DNA from: Actinomycetota bacterium
GTDB lineage: Bacteria; Actinomycetota; Thermoleophilia; BMS3ABIN01
Direction: 5' to 3'
Assembly: GCA_023489275.1 (NCBI GenBank)
Contig: JAMDDD010000004.1
Location: 27,802 to 91,801 of the forward strand
DNA length: 64,000 nucleotides
Position numbers and translations under genes: made by a program. Below are positions 30,727 through 38,768 of this stretch, one piece after another. Position 1 is the stretch's first letter; the number at the start of each line of letters is the position of its first letter. The notes under the pieces are model-generated. The model had not been told where the DNA came from and ran no database searches. It saw nothing but the letters and a program-made list of their open reading frames with translations.

Positions 30727-32166
30727 TCAGAACAGGAACTGTCTGGCGCTACGCAAATAATTGTTAAGAGTATGATAATTTTTCATGACGTGTATATGTT
30801 TAGCGATAATCCTCGGCCTCAAGTAGAATTCCCGGTACGCCTGCCGGGTTGCTTTGACCAGATCTTCGTGAGTTACGTTCCGATGCCGGTAAACCGGAAC
30901 GCCGGTAGGTACATAATCGCGCCAGTCCTTCATTATCAGTAGGCCCTCACGGCTGTATTTCTCGAACTCCTCGGTTCCCGGGAAGGGAACCATCACGGCA
31001 AAGCCCGCGCTGTCTAACTTTAGCTCCTTCGCAAAGGAGATCGTCTCAGCAATTGTCTCTTTCGTCTCTTCCAGGAAGCCAAAGAGAAAATAGCCGTGCG
31101 CCAGGATGCCAGCCCCGCGAGTCTGCCGCACCGCCTCTGCCACCCGCGCTTTGCTGATCTTCTTGATCTTGAGCAGCATCTCCGCGTTCCCCACTTCGAT
31201 GCCGTATTGCATCAGGCGGCAGCCCGCTTTTTTCATAGCCGCCAGCATCTCCGGGTCAATTTCGTTGGCCCGGGCGCTGCATGTCCAAGCGATAGAAAGA
31301 TTTTTTTCCTCGATAAGCCGGCATATCTCCATCAGCCTGTTCCGGTCACAAATCATTGACGGGTCGCGAAAAGAAAACGTCGTTACGCCGAAATCAAGGT
31401 TTAGCCAGCTGATTTCATCCACGATATTTTCAGCGCTCCGCAGGCGGTACCGTCTGCCCTGCTGGGAAGTAACATCGCAGAAGCTGCAACGATAAGGACA
31501 TCCGCGACCGCTGATGATGCACGAAAATTTTCCTCGGTTTCCCCAGGCCGGATACGGGTTATACCTGGCAGGTTCGGGTAGCAGATCATGAGCCGGAAAT
31601 GGAAGGCTGTCAAGGTCCGAATTTCGGGCGCGGCCAGGATTGTGCTTTGGAATATTGCCTCCATTCATTGAAACCGTGCCGGCGATATTACCGATCGGAG
31701 AACCCGCGGCCACCGCATCACAAATCTCCTGCATTGTTTCTTCGCCCTCTCCCACCACAGCTATATCTACCGCATGATGGCTGGCGGCCTCTGCCGGTAA
31801 AGCAGTCACATGAGGTCCGCCGACGGCGGTGCAGATGTTTTTATTAACTCCTTTGACGATCACCGCGACCTTTTCCGCGTCGGGCCATTGCGGCGTTAAA
31901 GAAGAAATGCCAACAATCTGGGGCTGGAAAGAACGCACGGCCTCTCTGATTTCGCTGGCGGACGACCCGATCGAATATCCGTCCAATATTTGGACCACAT
32001 GATGTTTCTGCCGAATAGCAGCGGCAATGTAAGCCAACCCCAGGGGCTGCGTAGAAATCCAGGGACGTTGCACAGAATCTTTCCAGAGCCCTGACGGCGG
32101 TGTAATCAACAGGACCTTCACAGCCGCGGCGGCGCCCGCTTGCTTATAATTGCAAGATTTAGTCAA
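30727..32166 (-). CDS. B12-binding-domain radical SAM protein (second paralogue)
   Basis: 479 aa; cobalamin-binding N-domain, CPYRCSFC motif; convergent with the GT-C gene (stops 2 nt apart). Confidence 0.85.
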   Translation of the reverse strand: MTKSCNYKQAGAAAAVKVLLITPPSGLWKDSVQRPWISTQPLGLAYIAAAIRQKHHVVQILDGYSIGSSASEIREAVRSFQPQIVGISSLTPQWPDAEKVAVIVKGVNKNICTAVGGPHVTALPAEAASHHAVDIAVVGEGEETMQEICDAVAAGSPIGNIAGTVSMNGGNIPKHNPGRARNSDLDSLPFPAHDLLPEPARYNPYPAWGNRGKFSCIISGRGCPYRCSFCDVTSQQGRRYRLRSAENIVDEISWLNLDFGVTTFSFRDPSMICDRNRLMEICRLIEEKNLSIAWTCSARANEIDPEMLAAMKKAGCRLMQYGIEVGNAEMLLKIKKISKARVAEAVRQTRGAGILAHGYFLFGFLEETKETIAETISFAKELKLDSAGFAVMVPFPGTEEFEKYSREGLLIMKDWRDYVPTGVPVYRHRNVTHEDLVKATRQAYREFYLRPRIIAKHIHVMKNYHTLNNYLRSARQFLF

Positions 32167-32265
32167 AGAATCCCCACCGGATCGTGTTTTATTTGAATAA
32201 CAAGAAAAGAGATTGCTTTCATACTAATGCTACAAGCAACGCCCTTGTTGGTCAATTGCGCGGGG

Positions 32266-32910
32266 CTAGTGTCCCCTTTTGCCCAGTAGCTCCCGGCACA
32301 CCGCCAGCGTGCTTTTGACGTCACTGGCAAACGCATCGACGCCCACATCGCGGGCCAGCTCTTCCGAGTGGGCGGCTCCGCCGGAAACAACCTTCACGCG
32401 TCCGCGCAGGCCGGCCTCCTCCAACGCCGTAAGGACCTCGACCAGCGCCTGCTTGGTGGAGGTAGTAAAGGCAGAGAGGAGGAGCAGGTCTGCGTTTACC
32501 TCCTTGACCCGATCCACGAATTTGCCGGCAGGCACATTCACGCCGAGATCGTGCACTTCGTAACCGGAGGCCCGGAGCGCCGACACGATGATATTCTTGC
32601 CTATATTGTGGATATCGCCTTTGACCGTCCCGATGACGATGACGCCGCTAAAGTCACGACGCCGCTCAAACAGATATGGATCCAGCAACGAAAGCGCTTT
32701 CTCCACCGCTTCAGCCGAGCGGAGCATTTCCGGGATAAAATACTCCCCTGTTTCGTATTTCCCGCCGACAGTTTCCATAGCCCCGGAAAGGCTGTTGATG
32801 ATTGCGTCGGGCCGAACCTCCGCCACCCTGGTTATATCCTCGGCGATGGCGGCGGCCGCGTCGGCGTCACCGTCAATGATGGCCTTTTGAAAACGGCTTA
32901 ACAAATCCAT
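32266..32910 (-). CDS. corrinoid (cobalamin-binding) protein of methyltransferase systems (MtaC/MtbC-like)
   Basis: 214 aa; N-terminal helical cap plus Rossmann B12 domain with the DxHxxG motif (DIHNIGKN). Confidence 0.8.
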   Translation of the reverse strand: MDLLSRFQKAIIDGDADAAAAIAEDITRVAEVRPDAIINSLSGAMETVGGKYETGEYFIPEMLRSAEAVEKALSLLDPYLFERRRDFSGVIVIGTVKGDIHNIGKNIIVSALRASGYEVHDLGVNVPAGKFVDRVKEVNADLLLLSAFTTSTKQALVEVLTALEEAGLRGRVKVVSGGAAHSEELARDVGVDAFASDVKSTLAVCRELLGKRGH

Positions 32911-32928
32911 ATCTGTTCATTGTCCGGG

Positions 32929-33936
32929 TTAATATTTTCCAAATTCCCTGCCAAATTCGACCAGAGCAGCCACATTCTCTTCCGGAGCGCTTGATGGTAT
33001 CGAGTCTCCGGTGCTAAGGATAAACCTTCCGCCGGGCTTCGCGGCCTCCAGGGCCGCCCGGACCGCGCTTTCGACATCGGCGCGGCTGCCTTTTTCAATA
33101 ACGCCGACCGCATCGATATTCCCCTTCAGCACCACTGCGCTTCCCACCGCCTCGCGCGCCTTGATCAGGTCAACGGGAGAGTCGATCTCGAGCACGGCAG
33201 CTCCGGTCCTGGCCATATCCGGCAGGATTGGCAGGCTGTTCCGGCAGACGTGCAGAATCACCGGCAGCTTTCCCCCGAGCTCTTTAACTGCTTCCGCTTC
33301 TGACGGAAAGGCAAATTCGAGGTAGTGCCCCGGGGAAATCATGCTCGAAGATGCAAAGGAATCCTTGATGACCAGGGCGTCGACCCCGGAGCCGGCAAGC
33401 GCCAGTCCCAGCGTTATCGTTGCCGGAAAACAGGCATCGATTAGATCCCGGACCAGCCCCGGGTTCCCGTAAAAATCGGTCATGAAGCCGATCAAACCGC
33501 GAACCGTCGCCGCGAATTCAAACGGCGACCGGACCGACCCGATGACAACGCTGTCGCCGGCCGCCTCGACCAGCTGCTGAACGGGCTCCATCTTTCCCTC
33601 CGCCCAGGGATCCGGAACCTTGACCTTGGTCAGATCCTCCGGGCCGTTGACCAGCGTGTCAACCACCAGCGGCACCTGATGCCCCCGCACCTCCAGGGGA
33701 CACCCAAGGACATTTGGATTTTCACCCAGGCCCATTTCGGCGACGACGCCGTCGCAGCCGAGCCGCCTCAGCCCCTCGGCCAGCGCCGCCGCCATGCAGG
33801 CGCCGTCCAGCCAGCATTCATCATTTTTCCGGCCGGTCAGCCGGGGGGCAAAGTACCCGTCCAGGACGGGGATGACAGGGACAAAATCGGGCTGCTCGCC
33901 GGCGATGACCGCCGCAAACCTGTCGCGGGGATTCAT
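32929..33936 (-). CDS. MtaA/CmuA-type methyltransferase (uroporphyrinogen decarboxylase, URO-D, fold)
   Basis: 335 aa; URO-D family TIM barrel; 19 nt upstream of the corrinoid protein gene. Confidence 0.7.
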   Translation of the reverse strand: MNPRDRFAAVIAGEQPDFVPVIPVLDGYFAPRLTGRKNDECWLDGACMAAALAEGLRRLGCDGVVAEMGLGENPNVLGCPLEVRGHQVPLVVDTLVNGPEDLTKVKVPDPWAEGKMEPVQQLVEAAGDSVVIGSVRSPFEFAATVRGLIGFMTDFYGNPGLVRDLIDACFPATITLGLALAGSGVDALVIKDSFASSSMISPGHYLEFAFPSEAEAVKELGGKLPVILHVCRNSLPILPDMARTGAAVLEIDSPVDLIKAREAVGSAVVLKGNIDAVGVIEKGSRADVESAVRAALEAAKPGGRFILSTGDSIPSSAPEENVAALVEFGREFGKY

Positions 33937-33963
33937 CCGGCGTCCCTCATCGAGAGCCCGGTT

Positions 33964-34311
33964 TCATGCCTGGACGGCCTCCAGATGCGGGGCTTCCTTC
34001 CAGAGGATTTCAAGACGGTAAAAATCGCGCGACTCCGGCGTGAAAATGTGCGCCATTACATTTAGATAATCCATCAAAATCCAGTCTCCCTCCTGCTCGC
34101 CCTCCACCCGGGGGGGAGCGGCGCCGGCGCTTTTCAGGCGCATCCTGATTTCTTCGCAGATTGCCTTCGCCTGGCGCGGATTACGGCCGGTGCAGATAAC
34201 AAAATAATCGGTAAAAGAACACGTGTCTTTCATTTCAAGGACGATGATGTCCTCGGCTTTTTTCTCAGCGGCCGCCGCCGCGATCTCTTTTGCCAGCTGT
34301 TCGTTATTCAG
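33964..34311 (-). CDS. rsfS: ribosomal silencing factor RsfS (Iojap), probable CTG start
   Basis: DYLNVMAHIFTPESRDFYRLEILW core; the conserved N-terminus (EQLAKEIAAAAAEKKAEDIIVLEM) lies upstream of the first ATG and is bounded by an in-frame stop, so only a CTG at 34311 (GAGAGGT RBS 5 nt upstream) can start it. Confidence 0.7.
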   Translation of the reverse strand: MNNEQLAKEIAAAAAEKKAEDIIVLEMKDTCSFTDYFVICTGRNPRQAKAICEEIRMRLKSAGAAPPRVEGEQEGDWILMDYLNVMAHIFTPESRDFYRLEILWKEAPHLEAVQA

Positions 34312-34347
34312 TTAGTACCTCTCATTACTATCAGCGATTAATCATCA

Positions 34348-35565
34348 TCATGAATTGCTTATATCTCTTCCTATAATAACAATGATTTGCTTCTTTTCCA
34401 GGGAGTCATCCTTGATTATCGTTCCCTTGCCCAGCAGATTCTCCACCTGCCCGCCGCCGTCAAGAGCGTCGCTGCCGCATCTGATCTGTGTGGAATCATA
34501 GCCTACATCTGACGCGTCGGTGGCAGGCGCCATCTTGAAACGGAGCGGCGCCAGTTTGGCGGTCACCGCGTCAATCACCGGCTGGCCGACACCGCCGTTC
34601 CGGATCTCGAGGGTAAACGCGGAATTGGCGGGGGAGCCGGACGTCAGCACGGAAAGCTCTGCCGGCTGCGGCTCAAAGTACCAGGCCTGGCCCTCCCCGG
34701 CAGCCTGCACCGGCAGCGCCCAGACGCCGAAAGGCTGTCCCGGGGTCGTAATGGAAACAAATAAATTGGCAAAGCTGTCCTCACCCAGGTCGGTCTGCAC
34801 CTGCCGGTAGAGCTGCCCGGCAAAGGTCCTCCGTTCGCCTTCGGGCTTGCCGCTGAGTCCCGCGAACAACCCCTGATAAAACAATGCCTGAATCTGCGGA
34901 CCGGCGCTGCCGTCATTGACAGTTTCATTTAGATATGACATGGCCTGCCGGGGGTCGGCAGGGTTGTCCCCCTTGCCAAGGTTGACGGACCCGTCGGCGC
35001 TCCGAAGCGGTTCCAGGGCCTTGAAATCGACACTGCCCGCCTCGGACGCCATCAGCCCTAGGGCGCCGGAATTAAAAATCACATGATAGCGGATGGGAAG
35101 CCGGAGCAGATCGGCCACCGTCTGGTCAAGTAAAGACTGGCCGCCGGTATTGATGATCTGGTCCAGCCGCTCAAAGCCGTGGCCCGGCACGTCCGCCAGC
35201 GTCCGCGCGGGCAGCGTGTAGAGGCTGTAACCTTTTTGAGAAACTTCCAGCAGCAAGATCTGGGTAAGATTTCCCTGGTCGATGCCGCTAAAGATAACGT
35301 TTTGGCTGTCTCCGGTTTCGGACCGGGCCGCCGCGGAACTTCCCCTGGATTTCTCCAGCAGGACGATGCCCGTAAATACGGCGGCAGAAAGAAATATGCC
35401 CGCGAGAAGAGTCAGGTATGTTTGCCGCCGGCGAAGACGCCGCCGCCGCTCGGCCAGCCGGGTCCGGCGCGAGCCGGGGGCCGGAACCTCGCCTGCCCGG
35501 GAGCGGTAATGGCTGCCGCGATAGCGCCGGCCCCGCCTATGCTTTTCGATAGAGCCCTTCCTCAT
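34348..35565 (-). CDS. LCP (LytR-CpsA-Psr) family protein with a LytR_C domain
   Basis: Arg-rich cytoplasmic N-terminus, one TM, LCP core (NVIFSGID...LYTLPARTLADVPGHGFERLDQIINTGG) and a C-terminal LytR_C-like domain; between nadD and rsfS. Confidence 0.65.
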   Translation of the reverse strand: MRKGSIEKHRRGRRYRGSHYRSRAGEVPAPGSRRTRLAERRRRLRRRQTYLTLLAGIFLSAAVFTGIVLLEKSRGSSAAARSETGDSQNVIFSGIDQGNLTQILLLEVSQKGYSLYTLPARTLADVPGHGFERLDQIINTGGQSLLDQTVADLLRLPIRYHVIFNSGALGLMASEAGSVDFKALEPLRSADGSVNLGKGDNPADPRQAMSYLNETVNDGSAGPQIQALFYQGLFAGLSGKPEGERRTFAGQLYRQVQTDLGEDSFANLFVSITTPGQPFGVWALPVQAAGEGQAWYFEPQPAELSVLTSGSPANSAFTLEIRNGGVGQPVIDAVTAKLAPLRFKMAPATDASDVGYDSTQIRCGSDALDGGGQVENLLGKGTIIKDDSLEKKQIIVIIGRDISNS

Positions 35566-36136
35566 AAATGAACCTGCGGACGCCCTCGGGCACCAGATAT
35601 CTGATTGACTTTCCTTCTGAAACGCGGTCTCTGATCATGGTTGAGGAAATGCCTATGCCCGGTATTTCCATGATTTTTACCTTTTTTGCCTGCAGAAATT
35701 TTTCCAGGTTTCCGGATATCCGGTCCAGCGGATAGCCGGGCCTGGTCGCCCCGATCAACATCACCATCGACAGCAGCTCATCGGGATCTTTCCACTCCAG
35801 GATCTCAAGAATGGCGTCAGCTCCGGAAATAAAATAAAGGTCTGATTCCGGCTGCTGCCGGCGGAAGTGACGGATGGTATCAACGGTGTAGCTTGTTTCT
35901 TCCCTGTTGATCTCGTAGCGGGAAACCTCAAAAAGGGGGTTGTCCCGGGTGGCGATCATGCACATTTGAAACCGCGCCCCAGAGCTTACCCCTTTTCTGA
36001 TTTCCTTGTGCGGAGGCAGGCCCGTGGGCATAAACAGCACTTGATCGAGCTCGAACTGCGACACAGCTTCCTCGGCGCAAACCAGATGACCGATATGAAT
36101 CGGGTTAAAAGTGCCGCCCATAATGGCTAACTTCAT
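35537..36136 (-). CDS. nadD: nicotinate-nucleotide adenylyltransferase
   Basis: MKLAIMGGTFNPIHIGHL nucleotidyltransferase motif. Confidence 0.92.
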   Translation of the reverse strand: MKLAIMGGTFNPIHIGHLVCAEEAVSQFELDQVLFMPTGLPPHKEIRKGVSSGARFQMCMIATRDNPLFEVSRYEINREETSYTVDTIRHFRRQQPESDLYFISGADAILEILEWKDPDELLSMVMLIGATRPGYPLDRISGNLEKFLQAKKVKIMEIPGIGISSTMIRDRVSEGKSIRYLVPEGVRRFIYEEGLYRKA

Positions 36137-36152
36137 AAAACCCCGGTTTCAA

Positions 36153-36222
36153 TGTCAAAGTTCAAAGTTTGTTAGAAAGCTGGTTCATAAGTTGGCAACA
36201 TTGAACTTTGAACTTTGAACTT
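36153..36222. repeat. intergenic word-repeat hairpin (CAAAGTT units) between proA and nadD
   Basis: gtcaaagttcaaagttt ... aacattgaactttgaactttgaac; ~15-bp stem, seen directly. Confidence 0.65.
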
Positions 36223-36227
36223 TTGAA

Positions 36228-37517
36228 CTAGGTCCTCACCTGCCCATCCCCGGTGACCACATATTTTGTCGAAGTCAGCTCGCGGAGGCCTACCGGCCCG
36301 CGGGCATGCAGCTTCTGCGTACTAATGCCGATTTCGGCGCCCATGCCGAATTGTCCTCCATCGGTAAACCTGGTTGACGCGTTGACATAAATACAGGCAG
36401 CGTCAACGCGGTCGGAGAAGTCGCGGGCGGCTCCCAGGTCTTCGGTGACGATCGCTTCTGAATGGCCGGTGCCGTAAGCGGCGATGTGGTCGATGGCCTC
36501 GTCCAGATTGTCAACAATCTTGACCGCCATTTTCAGGTCGAGAAATTCGGTGGCGAAATGCTCACTGACGGCGTCTTCCAGCTCTTTTGCCTTGCCGCCG
36601 GCGAGCTCCTTGACTTCCGGCGTTACAAACAGCTTCACTCCCCGGATTGTCAGCTCCTGGACGATCGAGGGAACAAAGTCGGCAGCGACGTCCTTGTGAA
36701 TGAGCAGCGTCTCCGCCGCGTTGCAGACGCCGGGGCGCTGCACCTTTGCGTTAACGGTGATCGCGGCTGCCTTCTCCAGGTCGGCGCCGGCATCGACATA
36801 AACGTGGCAGTTGCCGCCAGCGGCGTAAATCACCGGGATGGTGGAGTTCTTGATCAGGAACTGTTTGAGCGATTCGCCGCCGCGGGGGATGACCAGGTCG
36901 ACGTACTCCTTCATCGCCAGCAGTTTTTTAAGCGGGGCGCGGTCGCGGGAAGCCACCAGCTGCACCGCGTCGCTCGGCAGCCCGGCATCGAGCAGGGCGC
37001 CGCCCACCACTTCCGTCAGCATCCGGATGGAATGCAGCGAGGCGCTGCCGCCTCTGAGAATTACCGCGTTGCCGGTTTTAAGGCACAGGCCGGCCGCATC
37101 GGTGGTGACGTTGGGGCGGGCCTCATAAATGACGGCAACGACACCGAAGGGCACCCGCACCTTCTTCAGCTCCAGCCCGTTGGGAAGGCGCCGGCCTTCA
37201 ACCACCTCACCCACCGGATCGGGCAGGTGGACCAGCTTGCGCAGGCCGGCCGCCATCTCCCTGATTCTGTCTTCATCCAGCATTAGCCGGTCCATCAAGG
37301 CACCGGAGAGGCGGGCGGCCTTTCCTTCCTTGACGTCATCCCGGTTCTCCCTGATGATCTCCCCCTTGCGTCGCTCCAGGGCGGCTGCCATCTCCAGCAG
37401 CGCCCGGTTGCGGTCCATCGTGGGAAGGCCGGCAAGCTGCCGCGAAGCCGCTTTCGCGCGTTGACATATTTCTGTTATTTGCGAGCTGTTATCTTTTTCT
37501 TTCCTGGATGGCACCAA
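36228..37517 (-). CDS. proA: gamma-glutamyl phosphate reductase
   Basis: 429 aa aldehyde dehydrogenase-fold ProA; immediately downstream of proB. Confidence 0.95.
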   Translation of the reverse strand: MVPSRKEKDNSSQITEICQRAKAASRQLAGLPTMDRNRALLEMAAALERRKGEIIRENRDDVKEGKAARLSGALMDRLMLDEDRIREMAAGLRKLVHLPDPVGEVVEGRRLPNGLELKKVRVPFGVVAVIYEARPNVTTDAAGLCLKTGNAVILRGGSASLHSIRMLTEVVGGALLDAGLPSDAVQLVASRDRAPLKKLLAMKEYVDLVIPRGGESLKQFLIKNSTIPVIYAAGGNCHVYVDAGADLEKAAAITVNAKVQRPGVCNAAETLLIHKDVAADFVPSIVQELTIRGVKLFVTPEVKELAGGKAKELEDAVSEHFATEFLDLKMAVKIVDNLDEAIDHIAAYGTGHSEAIVTEDLGAARDFSDRVDAACIYVNASTRFTDGGQFGMGAEIGISTQKLHARGPVGLRELTSTKYVVTGDGQVRT

Positions 37518-37520
37518 AAT

Positions 37521-38627
37521 TTATCCCTCCGCCAAAACAAAATAATCCCGATGAACTACTTCTTCCTCTCCGTGCGGCATCGCCTTGATCACATCGCCGC
37601 TTTGCATTCCTTTGATCCTGTCAAGTTCCTTCGCCGAATACGCCGCCACCCCTTTGCCGATCACTGCCCGGCTCTTTTCCTCCAGAACGTCCACCGCCTC
37701 TCCGGCGGCGAATTCCCCCTCGACCGCGACAATTCCCGCCGCCAGCAGGCTCTTTCCCCGCCGCCGCAAAGCCTCAGCGGCGCCCGCGTCAACAATGATC
37801 GCCCCGCTGCTGGGCCGGCCGTATTTCAGCCAAAGCTTGAAACTGCTCATGGTAGGCTTCAGCGGATGGAACCTGGTTCCAACCCTTTCACCCGCCGCCG
37901 CCGCCCTGATGACCCCGGCGCGCCCGCCGCTGGCGATCACCACCTCAATGTTGGCGGAAGTGGCCATATCCGCCGCCACAATCTTGCTTTTCATACCGCC
38001 GGAGCCAATCGAGCTGGACGGCTCCCCGGCTTCGATTCTGTCCAGCAGGGACCGGTCGCTCACTTCTTCAATCAGACGGGCGTGGGGATCCACGGAAGGG
38101 TCATTAGTATATAACCCTTCCGTATCCGTGAGCAACAGGAGCAGGTCCGCCTGCACCAGAATGGCAACCTGGGCCGCCAGAAAATCATTGTCCCCGTACC
38201 GGATCTCATCCGCCGATGTTGTGTCGTTTTCATTGATAACGGGAACGATCCCCCATTCCAGCAGCTTCCTGAGCGTGCCGCGGGCGTTCAGGTACTGGCT
38301 GCGGGCCTCGATGTCATATGAAGTAAGCAGAACCTGCGCGGTAGTGATTCCGGCGGCGCCAAGCAGCTCAAAGTAGCGTTGATAGAGCCTGCCCTGCCCT
38401 ATTGCTGAAACGGCCTGCAGCTCCACCGTTTCCACCGGACGCCGTCCGGCCGGCAGCAGCCCCAGGCCGCAAGAGATCGCGCCCGAGGAGACAACCAGCA
38501 GGCCGTTGCCGCTCCGGACCAGTTCGGCGATATCACCGGTTAACCTTGTGACCTGGTCTTCACGGACGCAGCCGCTCTCATCGGTGAGGGTATTGCTTCC
38601 GATTTTGACGACGATGATTTTTGACAG
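37521..38627 (-). CDS. proB: glutamate 5-kinase (with PUA domain), probable CTG start
   Basis: the first canonical start (GTG 38435) would delete the conserved N-terminal ATP-binding block (KIIVVKIGSNTLTDE), which is in-frame upstream and bounded by a stop at 38640; the only candidates are CTG at 38627 or ATC at 38633, with an AAGGAA RBS. Confidence 0.8.
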   Translation of the reverse strand: MSKIIVVKIGSNTLTDESGCVREDQVTRLTGDIAELVRSGNGLLVVSSGAISCGLGLLPAGRRPVETVELQAVSAIGQGRLYQRYFELLGAAGITTAQVLLTSYDIEARSQYLNARGTLRKLLEWGIVPVINENDTTSADEIRYGDNDFLAAQVAILVQADLLLLLTDTEGLYTNDPSVDPHARLIEEVSDRSLLDRIEAGEPSSSIGSGGMKSKIVAADMATSANIEVVIASGGRAGVIRAAAAGERVGTRFHPLKPTMSSFKLWLKYGRPSSGAIIVDAGAAEALRRRGKSLLAAGIVAVEGEFAAGEAVDVLEEKSRAVIGKGVAAYSAKELDRIKGMQSGDVIKAMPHGEEEVVHRDYFVLAEG

Positions 38628-38768
38628 CTTGATTGTTCCTTAACCGCGGGCGGCGCAGGGGAAAAAGCCTGCAGCCGCACATTCAGGGACGGCGAGGACT
38701 TCTTCTTCCTGAGGACGCCGCCCATGTCCTTTACAGCCCCCGCTCCGAATGATCCTTGTCACAGATTC

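Noticed and set aside
36462-37286. 274-aa plus-strand ORF and other 60-250-aa ORFs antisense to proA, the atp genes, secD and the MMPL gene
   Set aside because: They are antisense to highly conserved genes, have Arg/Ala/Gly-rich composition and no motifs; artefacts of high GC
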